A stretch of DNA of 64,000 nt from Mytilus edulis (taxonomy: Eukaryota), in contig NC_092353.1 in NCBI RefSeq assembly GCF_963676685.1, positions 35,154,001 through 35,218,000 of the forward strand, in the 5' to 3' direction. This document shows, piece by piece, positions 51,655 to 64,000 of the stretch. The notes beneath the pieces were generated by a model. That model saw only the letters and a program-made list of their open reading frames with translations. It was not told where the DNA came from and ran no database searches. Made by a program: the position numbers and the translations under genes. The first letter of the stretch is position 1; each line of letters opens with the position of its first letter.

Positions 51655-51958
51655 AAAATTGAGAAAAGAAATGAGGTATGTGTCAAAGCGACAACAACCC
51701 GACCATAGAGCAGACAACAGCCAAAGGCCACCGATGGGTCTTCAATGTAGCGAGAAACTCCCGATCCCGGAGGCGTCCTTCAGCTGGCCCCTTAAAAAAT
51801 ATGTATAATAGTTCAGTGGTAATGGACGGTCACACTAGACCCCGAATTATACACAAGAAACTAAAATTAAAAATACATTAATACATGAAGCAGACCTTCT
51901 GCTCTATGGTCGGGTTGTTGTCTCTTTGGCACATTCCCCATTACTATTCTCAATTTTA
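51655..51958 (+). repeat. Dispersed repeat family D (aaaattgagaa.ggaaatggggaat.tgtcaaag.gacaacaacccgacc) with a short inverted copy
   Basis: Direct copy at 51655-51880 and inverted copy of its start at ~51895-51958. A longer copy is at 55578-56290 and a fragment at ~20727-20800. Confidence 0.75.
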
Positions 51959-53849
51959 CTTCTTGTACGGTAGTGTACATAATTTCCAATTTACATGGGA
52001 ATGTGATATTTTGCAAGCATCGACTGAAATTCGGTTAAATTGAGTCACAGGACATCATAAATATATCTGAATGTGAAATAAAAGAACATTGCATGATGTT
52101 CTGCTTTTCTTATTTTTTTGCGATATGGCATAAAAATCATTTCTTAAATAACATACCAAAGAAACATTTGTTGCATATTTTCAGTAGATAAAATTAATTT
52201 ATTCGGTTTTTTTTCTCAATGAGCGAGTTTTTGACATGACCGGATGGTATTGACCATCACACCAGTTTGTCTCTCGTAACTGTCAATTATTATAGCTGTA
52301 TGCTATGTGAAAGGTTAATAACACAAACACACGTAAGGCGCTATGTTGATTTACTGTCGCTATGATGACTGTGCACATAAAAATCAGTATGAAATAAATG
52401 ATGTATTGACACTCTCTCGAACAACCTCCGTGTTATTTAATGTAAAGTAAATAGAACACTTTAGAGTTCATCCGTCACCGGGAAAAACTCGTCAATTATG
52501 CACGCCGTTAATATAACGTCATTTACCAGATAGAAGGGATCGCATGTATCCCTGCACCATCCCCGTTCATCAAGCGTCTTAGTAATCGTCATTGTGCAGG
52601 ATAAAGTAGGAATACTGTTTATTTTGTAAGTACTTACTAGTAATCGCAATCCTCTAATGACAGCAGTGCTGATTGTCAATTATGAGAATTTAATTTGACG
52701 AATAATTCGTGCAATATAACATTATAGTTTTTCAACCACTTGCTCAACATTGGAACGAAACTGTTGATGCCCTTAAACGCACGAATGATTTTCACTTAAA
52801 CCAGATTTTTGTTTCAACCTTTTTTTCTTCTTTTTTTTCCAACATGAGGCATTTGCCTCCATATAGTTACGGCCCTGCAATTAGACTTTATTAAAACCTA
52901 ATTGAATGAAAAGATTATTTCAAAACGTGTGTTGGACCACAGATAACATTTTCTAAACATTCAAGTTGGTGTGTGCATTTTTATTCTTGTAATAAAAAAA
53001 CCCAACTTTTTCACAAATGTAAGTCACATGATGCGTGTTGTATGCATGTATAACCTTCAGCGTGTGTTTTGGGAAGTCAATGACACCAAACGTGTGTAAC
53101 CATAGGTCCCCATTCAAATGCATTGATCGTCCAAAAAATAGGGGGGAGGTTAACCCCCTGAATCCCCCTCTGAATCATCCACCGACTAGTACGGATCATC
53201 TCTATCTGAGAAAGTTTCAGTCGACAATTGTTAGTAGATTTATATGAAGAACAGTAAAAGTGTTTTAAAATAAATATACAGAAATTACGTTTTTCCAGTC
53301 CAAAAGGATTATCATAGTTTTTGATCACGAACAATATCAATCATTTATAACGAGTTATTTCCCCTGATAACGAATTATTAAAGTCTTTTATAATGATTTC
53401 CTCCGATTCGTCACCAATAAATTAATCTATGATAACGAATAATACAATTCGCAATGACGATTTTAATCTGAGATCATGATTTTTCAAATTCGCCTTTACA
53501 GTTATGTGATGTACTTTATGATCTTCGGTGTACGGCCTTTATATTCTTAAACAAAAATTAAAGTAGTTTAATGTTATCCTAATTTTCACACATAATTGTT
53601 TTAAATCGCCGAAAAATCATTCAATATGGTGTACATAAATAGTATTTGTCTGAAAATCATAATTGTAATTAGTAATTATACCCAGCATATGTATTTGTCA
53701 GTACCTTGTCACATATATAAAATGCATTAAAAATACATGGATCTTATAAAAAAACGTTTTACTAAATTAATAATATCATGTATTGGTTGTTATGAGGGCA
53801 TTAATCTGTCCGAATAGTACGAAAATAACACAGTCTTAAGAGACAAGCT

Positions 53850-53920
53850 GATTGATTGGGCTATTTAATAAACATCTACCAATAAAATGGCCATTTGTTG
53901 TTTTATCTGTTAGTTCAGTC
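53850..53920 (+). promoter_or_regulatory. Candidate core promoter of the Pro-rich secreted protein gene
   Basis: ATTGG/CCAAT boxes (~53855, ~53879), TATTTAA (~53862) and Inr-like TCAGT (~53915), all upstream of ATG 53988. Confidence 0.3.
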
Positions 53921-53987
53921 CCGTTTGCTTTGTTTCTCAAATGAAAGTTTTGATCTCGTAGGACTAGACAAAGGAAAATATCTAGTG

Positions 53988-54033
53988 ATGGGATCTAGTC
54001 TTATATTAATTTCTTCTTGCTTACTTGGTTGCG
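53988..54033 (+). CDS. Exon 1 (signal peptide) of the Pro/Met-rich secreted repeat protein
   Basis: MGSSLILISSCLLGC-G|gtgagt is a strong phase-1 donor. It joins in frame to the acceptor at 62042 to complete the signal peptide ...CAVIVNG. Confidence 0.65.
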
Positions 54034-54669
54034 GTGAGTATTTTTCTAAAAAAAATGTAAAATTGTTTAACATAATGCATACAGGAATAGAATCATCTAG
54101 AAGAAGATAATTTTGAGGGGATAAGTATAAAAATAAGAAGATGTGGTATTAGATTGCCAATGAGAAAACTCACCTCCAGAGACCAAATGACATATATGTG
54201 AAAAAAAAACCAATTTTTGTTTTGTTTTCTACTGTAGTGCAACGTATTCGTGACTAGGAGATTTAAAAACGATCCTTTAAAGTTTTTTTCTGCTGTTTTT
54301 GACACAGTTGACATGGTTAAACTATGCGCAATTTATACATTTTAAAATTTGAATAGACGATATAATCTATACAGGATTTCTTAAATTTTAACAGATAGAA
54401 ATGAAAAATAATGCATTCGGAACAACACGAATTTTGAAATACAAACTGCAATTACAAAAAAAAAAAGAGAAATATCATTAACATGACAAAGCATTAATGC
54501 AATTTTGGATTATTGTGCGAACAATGTTAAGAATTATATTGAAGTACATATAATAACATTAACGTAATATATACAAAAACATTTTTTATCATTATATATA
54601 TAGAATCTAACCAAAATTTTGTAGACGTTGTGTGACGTTTGTTGTTGTTTTCTTAACGCTACTCAAGTA

Positions 54670-55241
54670 CATGGTAATAAGCTGAGAACATATAGACAGC
54701 TTAAAGAAAATTATAAATTGGAAACCTATTTATTGTTAAATATAGACAGAAAAGTAATAGGGCATTTTGCTAAAATTCGTATTAGTAATAGTGTTCTTAG
54801 AATTGAACAAGGGCGTCACACTAAAACCCCTGTAGAAGAAAGAATTTGTCCTTTGTGCCTCTTATAAGTAGAAGATGAATTTCATTTCACTTTAAAATGT
54901 ACAAAACTAAATATAATTAGAGACCAACTGTTTTCCAAAATTAGTGAAATAGTTCCCTCTTTTTTAAATATGACTAATGAAGCAAGATTTAAATTTTTGT
55001 ATACGTGTGTTGAGACTGATATAATTAGAATTATTGTTAAATTTATAAGCGACATGTACATTTCTAGAAATGCTTTATTAAGCACTAAATAACTTTGTTG
55101 TACCACCTCCTCATATAATGTTTATGAAATTGGTATGATATATATATGTTTGTATGTTTGTGTATAACAAATTTGTATTGTCTTGGGATCAATCCTGTAA
55201 TTTTGGATTTTAAACCAATAAAAATTACTTACTTACTTACT
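54670..55241 (+). mobile_element. 5'-truncated non-LTR retrotransposon (LINE ORF2 C-terminus, probably RTE-X/L2-like), intronic
   Basis: KLRTY...IRISNSVLRIEQGRH...ERICPLC..*VEDEFHFTLKC Cys/His motif, AATAAA plus (TTAC)n tail, and a 10-bp TSD tactcaagta at 54660-69 and 55242-51. Confidence 0.85.
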
Positions 55242-55577
55242 TACTCAAGTAGAAACAAATACATCGTTTAATCAGCGTTTATTGACCCTGTTTGATTTTT
55301 CAATAATGCATGCACATGTTGTTGGTGAACAAACGTTTTACAAACGTAGAAACAAATACATCATTTAATCAAGGTGAAGTTAGAAACAAATATAGCGTTT
55401 GATCTAACAAACGACGAATGACAAACTGTAGACGCATTTTTAGCTCAAAGGCATAGTTTGTCAAAGTTTATGTAAACTTTGCAAACGTATGTTAGAATCA
55501 AATGATCAAAACATGTGCGCGCTTAGCCGTTTGTATCGTTTGCGTTAGAAAGAAATGCATCCTATATGTTAGTTTTT

Positions 55578-56290
55578 AAAATTGAGAAAGGAAATGGGGA
55601 ATATGTCAAAGCGACAACAACCCGACCATACATAGAGCAGACAACAGCCGAAGGCCACTAATGGGTTTACAATGTAGCGAGAAACTCCCGCACCATGAGG
55701 CGTCTTTCATCTGGTCCCTTAAAAATATGTATAATAGTTCAGTGATAATGGACGTCACACTAAACACCGAATTATACACAAGAAACTAAAATTAAAAATC
55801 ATACAAGACTAACAAAAGCCAGAGGCTCCTGACTTTGGACAGGCGCAACATGTTTATGAAATCTCAACCCTTCCCCCATACCTGTAGTCAATGTAGAAAA
55901 GTAAACGCATTAGAATACGCACATTAAAACTCAGTTCAAGAGAAGTCAGAGCCCGATGTCAGAAGACTTAACAAAAGAAAATTAACAAAATGACAATAAT
56001 ACATAAATAACAACAGACTATTAGCATTTAACTGACATGCCAGCTCCAAACCTCAATTTAACTGATTGAAAGATTATGTCTTCATCATATGAATATCAGG
56101 CACAATCCCTCCTGTTAGGGGTTTAGTATCATGCTATCATAAAATATATGAGAACATAACCCGTGTAATGCCAACAACTGTTTTTTTTTTAAATAAATGT
56201 TCCGATGCAAAGACGCTATAAGTAAATCAATATTAAAGCCAAAATATGCAATCTTTCATGACCTGACAACAGTATCGTAACTATATCCCT
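55578..56290 (+). repeat. Dispersed repeat family D, long copy
   Basis: The first ~230 bp align with 51655-51880. Confidence 0.7.
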
Positions 56291-58893
56291 TTTTGCATAT
56301 GTATTAGTGTAAAACCAGCGGAAGTAAACTAGTCATTAATTTTTATGATTTGTTTGTTATAGCAATGATAAATTGAAAAGAAGGAAATAAACTCTTTTAA
56401 ATAATTTTTTTGTAATTTAATTGGAAAACAATCTTTCTTTGAAGGTGAAATGAGTTGTTTATACTAGACATATTAGTCCAGTACGATATAGTTAAGAGGT
56501 CACGAAAGTAATATACTGCAGGGTATGCGTCTATGAAACCATACATCTTCTTTCTGTATCTGGTAGAAACAAACCAAAATAAAACGAAAATGCATTTTTT
56601 TTTTATTGAAACCAACCAGTCAGTTGTTGGAACAAACAATAAACACACGCGCATCTTTGTATCACGGGGACAAAAACAATAAAAATAGAGTAAATCATTA
56701 ACAAAACGAAAATAAACAAGACCAAAACCATTGTCTAAAAAACGACCAAAAAAACCCCATTTCCCAACCAAATATCCAGATTTGTATAATGTAAAAATAT
56801 CCTTATTCGACTGAAACAATCGTTTTATTACACATTGGTCAAAGCAGACGAATAGATAGCATTTGTAGAGTTATTATAAATAGGAGAAATACGTCAGTTA
56901 AGCTATCTCAAAATTTATCAATTGATCACCATGCCCTTTCTAAAAAGTAAAGAACAACGTTACGTTATTGAAGAAGACGAACAATAATTGGAATAATTAA
57001 GAGGTCACCATCAGTCTTTAACATAAAGAGATTCCAAGGTCAGCAACATGCTGGGCGCTATATATTCTTGAACAATAATATTGTTTATCGCTATTTTGTG
57101 AATTTTTCCTTTGATCCTTTTTTTGTTATAATTTTTCATATCATGCTAGTAGCTTTAGATGGAAAATTATCGCTAGAAACTAAGGAAACACGTGGCGTTG
57201 CTAACGAAATTGACATGAAATTGACATCGATCGTCGTCATAGGTAAAATAGCGATAAGCAGATTATCATTGGTCATCTCAACTCGATTGCTCTTCTCGCT
57301 TTTGCCGTCCCGGCTCAAGCAAGAAAATCGATCTCGTTGAGATGATCAACGATAATCTATAATAATTGTGGAACAAAGTTTCAGAATCAATTTAACATGT
57401 AAATAAAACATTTCGCGGTGTCCGGAAAAGTTGGAAAATTGCATGTAAATTTTTTAAAAGTTAGCAAAATAGTTTCCCTCAGTTATTCAACTTTAATGAT
57501 TCCTCGGAGTACAACATGTGTGCCCGGAACACCGAATCAAACATTTTTATCGCTTTATTTTTGAGTCTGAGTTAGTACCATTTTCGTTCTCGCAAGTCTT
57601 GTGACCTTTAAGTTTGAACTTGACCTTGAATTGTTTGCAAAACATTTATTAGAATGATGGACGAGTCAAATCCCCAAACCACATCACACGAAATGATATT
57701 GACACGAAATTTTTAATTGTACATGTACCAATAAAAACAAGGATGTCATCATGTCATTTACATGTATATTTTATGTACAAATTCTAGAAGTTTTATAAAT
57801 AAAATACCAAAAATAACTGTTTTGAATCAAAGATAGAATATTGTAATGAATCTGACAATTGGAAAGATTGTGAATTAATTATTCCTTTGTATTTCGTTGT
57901 TCTCATACACACATTTAATTAAGGTAGTTTTTATCTCTGTCATAAAAAATAAGCGACAATGTCCCAAAATATACAACAATGTCTGGGTGTTCTTTTGCCA
58001 ATACACTAAACAATGAAAATTTGATTTTGTTTAAGAAATAAGTGCCCCTTTTTAAATTTTATTGAGGGTGTTAAAAGGCGTTGTCCGAACTCATTTTGAA
58101 TGAAAATGAATAGCTTCATATTAAAAATTGTGACGATCAATGATTTATCATTTTTACAAACATTCACTGAATTCTTATAATTCTATGTTGACGCGACTGT
58201 CATACAGGTGAGATGTTTGCCTACCTATAAAACCAGGTTAAATCCCCCATTTTCCAAATAAGGAAATGCCTCTACCGAGTAGGAATATGCATTATTCTGG
58301 CGTTGTCAAGGAAAACAAGTGCTTTCATAAATGTTGAATTTGATTTGAAAATAAAACCTAAATTGGAATGACTAGTGATTGTTGTCTTCTTCGCAATTTT
58401 GCGGATTCTAAATTTTTAAACATAAATGCAATGTATCATGAAATCAAATACATCAGACATTTTAGTTACACGTAGGCGACTCATCAAAAACAGTGCGTAT
58501 CTTAAGTATTCGCTTTTAATATTTGTCATAACAATTCTGTAATAATAAATTGTGTTTTATTTCAAAACGCTGAAGAAAATCTTATCATGTAATTTTGAAA
58601 TTGGTCCACACCAGAAAGACTCCAAACCTAAAACTATGGTAGCTAAATACACCTAAAGATGATTGCTGTTTTTTTTCTTCAAAATTTCAAGTCTTTTATT
58701 TTAAAAAAGACGGACATTAAATGATAGTACATAGATTAGTGATCTAAAAAAACAGCAAAAACATGACAAGTCCGTACCCGTGTCCTTGTATTTATAATAT
58801 GAGATATTGAAAATTTACGGGAATTGATTCTATCTAGTTTTTTTTTTATATGTAGGTAAAATAGAAATATTTTTTTCTAAATAAAACCCCAAC

Positions 58894-59104
58894 TACTGTG
58901 GATTCATTGTTTTTCGTGGGCACCAATGATCGTGGATTAAGGAAATAACATGTTAGTGGATTATTTAAATTCGTGAATTAGCTGAAGTCTGCATACAAGC
59001 TTTGGGAAAATTTGTCATTCGTTGAACATTTAATTTCGTGGTTCAACTGTAACCTCGAAATCCACGAAAATTGGTATCGAACGAATAATAATGAATCCAC
59101 AGTA
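58894..59104. mobile_element. Tc1/mariner-type MITE
   Basis: TA-ctgtggattcatt ... aatgaatccacag-TA terminal inverted repeats. Confidence 0.8.
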
Positions 59105-59649
59105 TGATAAATAAGAATTTATGAGAATTATCTAAAATGGCTTTTAAAACGATATGTAATAAAATAAGAAAAAAAGAAGGGGTAAGCCGGCAATAAACCA
59201 CTTTCGAGTTATGTCCTTCAGCGGATAAGTTTGTCAATTTTGAGAGCCATTATGACGTCATTTACCAGATAGAGGGGATCGCTTATAAATATCTTTGTGG
59301 TCTTTATTATACATACCGACCGTGCAAGGGCTGTATAGCCAGTCAAGGTTGTTAAAAACTTCCATTTGTTGTATTATACATGTTAAACTAGAAGTAATAC
59401 TTGTTTCGATACACAATTCCCAATTAATGACAACAGTGTCGATTATTTATTACGATATAAAGAAGTTAATTTGCCGAAGGATTCCGTCTTGCAATACAGC
59501 ATTATATTTCTTCAACCACGCACTTAACATGGGAAGGAAGTGACAATGCCCCTAAACGCACGAATAAAGTTCACTGTTGTTTCAGGGGCACTACGTAGAT
59601 TAAACACGTTTTAACACGTGAAAAAGATAACAAAATGTTTGAAGATTAA

Positions 59650-59936
59650 GGGAGCTACCATTTGATTTTTATGGGGGGGGGGGCTAGGATGAAAAATTTT
59701 GTCCTGCATTTTTTTTTAGTTGTAATCTCTGTCCTGCCTTTTTATTTTTCACTCTATTCGGTCCTGCCTTTTTTTTATTAGTTTATACTGACTTTTTTTA
59801 CCTAAATTGTCATCCTGCCTTTTTTTTTTGCAAAGTGTCTCATCCTGCCTTTTTTTTTTACTCAAAACTCCTGTCCTGCCTATTTTTTTCAAATTTCATC
59901 CTAGCCCCCCCCGATAAAAATCAAATGGTAGCTCCC
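59650..59936. mobile_element. PIF/Harbinger (Tourist-like) MITE
   Basis: ~45-bp TIRs gggagctaccatttgatttttat(g)nctaggatgaaa, TAA on both sides, and internal tcctgcc-poly(T) repeats. Confidence 0.85.
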
Positions 59937-62042
59937 TAAAGAATTTAAAAAATTTAAAGACGAGGAATTAATTTTTCAATTCAATTATCCAATAAGAATA
60001 TCTCTTTGGAACTATCGTTTACGCATTTTCAGCACTGAAATATCTGTATTCACAAATTTCACCGAAAATAATGTTTGGCCGAAAAAAGTTAATCTGTTTT
60101 TGAATATATTGAATACATAAAACAGTTTATAAGAGCTATATGTATATGTACAAATTTTATTTCATTTCAAGTCCGCCTATACACATCTAAATAGACACCT
60201 TCAATTATCAAAACGATTGTTTTTATTCTTTTATATAAAACTGTGTCACTGGGTTGTCAAAACAGTGTTTGTGACATAATTAACATAATGTAGTCACAAC
60301 TCCCTCATGTAAACATACATGTTTATAGCTGAGGACCGTTTGTCGACCTTTGACTTTTAAAGTGTTTGAGATGTTGACCACGTGTTGCTATCGCCGTGAC
60401 GTATGACTAACGTCTCTTCTCCTGAAAATTTATAAATTTCTGGAAAATATTTTCGATATTTTCATGTCTTCGTATCAGTTTCATGTATTAGATTGCATTC
60501 CATCTACTGAGGAATACACACATAGAACGGTTTTGTTAGCCATCTTGTAAGTGTTTGAAAATTGGCACGATATCCAATCATCGGTAATCTCACCACGAAT
60601 TAATTTCGAATCTGCGCCAATGATCCCCAAATGCTACAATGAGGCACTACCAAGGGCAAGTGGCAATTAACCATAGGTCGAAGAATACCAAGGCCTAAAG
60701 AATACAAGGAGGCCACACCAAAGGGACAATCAATCATAGGTGTAAGAACTTCATGGCCAAAACAATAACACGTAGTATATGCAAAGGGAGCAATCAATCA
60801 TAGGTCGAAAAACACCATGGACTAAAACAAAAGACGAATATAAAAACAACAGTACAAAAACACTCCGAACAAAGCCAACAAAATAAGCAAAACAAACGTA
60901 TGCGCACCGGAACAGTCGGCAAGTGGAAAATTAAAGTTTTCAGCAGTGAGTCCTTATTTCTAACAATAGGAATTTCAGTCTTTGTTGAGGGTTTTCTTCT
61001 ATATTTCCCTATCGGCCTTCTAAAAATTAAATGGCAAATGACTGATGTACAATGTTTATTATGTTTATTGTCAGGACATTAACTCCCAACATGGTAAGTG
61101 TCGAGTTAATTGGTTACAACGAGAATACATTGTGATACACTGTGACAAATAGACAGTTCAATGCCATTGTCTGAGGAAATGATTGACACACTTCGCAACA
61201 GGTCAATAGTTATATACAGAAAATAATTTATCTCGCCATGCAAACTTTTAAATTTAATAAATACTTGGGGATGTTGGTGTACTCAATAGAACAATATCGA
61301 AGTATTTTGAATACTAAAAAACCCATTCAAAACAGTTAAAGTGTTAGCAAAAAGTCATACATCACTTCAAATTGAATTTCCAATCTGATTTTTTATGTGT
61401 TACAATCATCACTCATCTGGTTTCCTTTGTTCGATTGAAAGTAACAATCAAATTGAATCATATTTTTTTTCAGTACCTTTGTTTTCTCTGACTTACATAA
61501 GTATTGTTCTTAATCAATTTTATAACAAATTGGAATGTATCGAAATACACTCGATTATATCTTAAGCTAAACAAATTTCTTAAAACCCTTTATATATACT
61601 GATTATATATAAATTTGCTTTTTTTTACAAAAGAAAATTAGCTTTTTTTCATCAATGACATGACATAAGGTTCACAAACAACTAGTATAGACAAAGTACA
61701 CACATCTATAAAATAGTTTTTAAAGTAACAAAAAAACTAACAAAAACAAAACAATTATAACCAGTACAGAGTAGCAAAGGACTTTCTCAGTTTATAAAGG
61801 CTATTAAAGAAATACTTTACCCACTTTACACACTAAATGACATATTCTGCCCTACACTGTTTATTTTAGACGTACAAAAATCTTGATGGCCTTAATTCTC
61901 GATCTTGAAAGTTTTATGTTCACAATAGTGAAATCAACAACTTGAAAAAAATGTTATGAGAGTAAGTATCAAAATTTTAAAGATGGTGTTTGTGAATTTT
62001 GTACTTTTCAAGAATCAAACAGATGTTAATTTTATTTTTCAG

Positions 62043-64000
62043 CTGTCATAGTAAATGGGTTAAGTGGATCAGCGCCTGAAAATGGGCCAAGATATGTGTT
62101 TTCCGGTGGTGCTACATCTCTTAATAAGCCGCAGTCGGCCGGAGTTAAATTTTCTGCTATAAGAGTAAACGACAATAATCAAAGGTTCACTATAAAACAA
62201 GGGAAATCTATAAGACCTAAACCAGTATCAGCGAAATTTTACCAGCCAACCTTTAGACCTGGACCTCCTATGCCAGCATCAAATAGACCTGGACCTCCTA
62301 TGCAAGGATCAATTAGACCTGGACCTCCTATGCCAGCAACAAATAGACCTGGACCTGCTATGCCAGCATTAAATAGACCAAGACCTTCTATGCCAGCATC
62401 AAATAGCCCTGGACCTCATAAGCAAGCAGCAAATAGACCTGGACCTCCTATGCCATCACCTTATAGACCTGGACCTCCTATGCCAGCACCAAATAGACCT
62501 GGACCTCCTATGCTAGAATCAAATAGACCTGGACCCCCCATGCCAGCAAATATGCCTGGATCTCCTATGCCAGCACCAAATAGACCTAGACCTCCTATGC
62601 CACCATCAAATAGACCTGGACCTCCTATACCAGCATCAAATAAACCTGGACCTCCTATGCCAGCACCAAATAGACCTGGACCTCCTATGCCAGCATCAAA
62701 TAGACCTGGACCTCCTATGTCAGCTTCAAATATGCCTAGACCACAACTGGCATCTTCAAATATGCCTGTACCTCCTATTCCAGCCTCAAATAGGCCTCAA
62801 CCCCCTTTGCCAGCTTCTAATATGCCTGGACTACCACTGGCAGCTTCAAATAGTTTTGGACCCTCTCTGCCAGCTTCAAATATGCCCGGACCCCCTCTAC
62901 AAGCTTCAAATAGGCCAGGATCTCCTATACCGGCTCCAACATTTAATACACCGGCTTCAAATAGACGTGGACCCTCTCTACCAGCTTCAAAAAAGCCCGG
63001 ACAACCATTGGCAGCTTCAAATAGACCTGGACTTCCATTGCCAGCATTAAAAAGACCAGGACTTTCTCTACCAGCTTCAAATCAGCCAGGACCGGTAATT
63101 CCTCCATTTGCAGCAAGTCGACCTAGTTTATCAATTATCCCGTATAAACCTTTGACACCTCCAAACGGGGCTTCTACAATGATGCAGAGATCTGAGATGA
63201 CTTTTTCTGGACTAAAACAAGGCAAAGCTGGAGCGACTTTTTCGGGACAATCATTCAATAAACCCAATGTAAGGGCAACCTATTCAAGTAGTAGGGGAAT
63301 AGCTGCAGGCGCAAGAACAGTCGGAAGCGTAGGGCGTCCAATGACAGGTTTTACGCCACTTGTTTCTGCCGTTGGAGGACCAAGTGCATCACCTGGTGCC
63401 ACACAATTAGCCAGAAAATCAACAGGTCCAGTATCAAAAGTACCAGGAATGAACCGTGTTGGACGACCAGCAGTTGGAGCAGTACAAGGGACCAGTGCTG
63501 GAACAAATTCGGGTTCAGCATCTGGTATAGTACGATCTGGCAGACCTGGAGCAGTGCCTGTAGCATCAAATTTTATATATAGGCCAGTACAAGGCAAACC
63601 AATAGGAACCAAACTTGTAAATACACCAAGTTCAAGGGTAACTTTGAAAGGGCTTGCACCATCAGCACCCGTGGGGGGAGCAACACAATCGGCATCTTTG
63701 GGAAGATCAGCACCAATGAGACCTGCGAGAGGACCATTATCTATGGCACCTATTGGAGGACTAGCACCAATGAAACCTACTGGAGGATCAGCACCAATGA
63801 CACCTGTCAGAGGATCAGCACCAATGACACCTGTCGGAGGATCAGCACCAATGACACCTACGGGAGGATCAGCACCAATGACACCTGTCGGAGGATCAGC
63901 ACCAATGACACCTATGGGAGGATCAGCACCAATGACACCTGTCGGAGGATCAGCACCAATGACAGGTATGGGAGGATCATCACCAATGACATCTGTTGGA
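62043..64000 (+). CDS. Large exon of a secreted Pro/Gly/Ser/Ala/Met-rich repetitive protein (3' end beyond window)
   Basis: Polypyrimidine ttttatttttcag acceptor. The frame starting at 62045 is stop-free to the window end (~650 codons). It encodes RPGPPMPASN decapeptide repeats and then GGSAPMTPV nonapeptide repeats. Confidence 0.88.
62255..63110 (+). repeat. Coding 30-bp tandem array (RPGPPMPASN, ~28 units, degenerating 3')
   Basis: aatagacctggacctcctatgccagcatca units read directly. Confidence 0.9.
63701..64000 (+). repeat. Coding 27-bp tandem array (GGSAPMTPV)
   Basis: ggaggatcagcaccaatgacacctgtc units continue to the window end. Confidence 0.9.

Noticed and set aside
56397-56819. 140-aa minus-strand ORF
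   Set aside because: Non-ATG start, Phe/Leu-rich composition caused by an A-rich opposite strand, and no recognisable domain.
61474-61500. Possible 27-nt phase-1 exon (VPLFSLTYI) of the Pro-rich gene
   Set aside because: The acceptor is good but the donor is weak (a|gtattg), and exon 1 splices directly to 62043 to give a complete signal peptide; it cannot be supported without transcripts.
62255-63110. Collagen or mussel foot protein 1 identity
   Set aside because: Gly occurs every tenth residue, not every third, and the repeat lacks the Tyr/Lys of Mfp-1.
62856-63612. Short ORFs 62856-63050(+), 63082-63267(-), 63280-63612(-), 63351-63569(-)
   Set aside because: They are alternative-frame or antisense shadows of the long Pro-rich exon.

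Overview
AT-rich eukaryotic genomic DNA, most consistent with a bivalve mollusc and probably a Mytilus mussel (inferred from the repeat families and gene types). The first 36 kb holds a cluster of four CDS-intronless, 388-aa atypical Cys-loop (nAChR-like, non-alpha) receptor genes plus a fused 3' pseudogene fragment. Their ligand-binding loops are remodelled and the copies show signs of mosaicism or gene conversion. Two spliced genes are missed by the ORF track: a small single-pass membrane protein with PPxY motifs (about 45.6-49.3 kb) and a large secreted Pro/Met/Arg-rich repeat protein (exon 1 at 53988, exon 2 from 62043 running off the window end). Intergenic DNA is dense with mobile elements. 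These include a dispersed retrozyme-like repeat carrying a type I hammerhead ribozyme (one intact copy at about 13391-13450), several fragments of Penelope-like (Naiad-type, RT at the C-terminus) elements whose 3' ends carry a covarying RNA structure, a gypsy RT fragment, a LINE 3' end with TSD, a tRNA-derived SINE with TSD, Helentron-type HINEs and several MITEs. All calls were made by eye; repeat boundaries are approximate.
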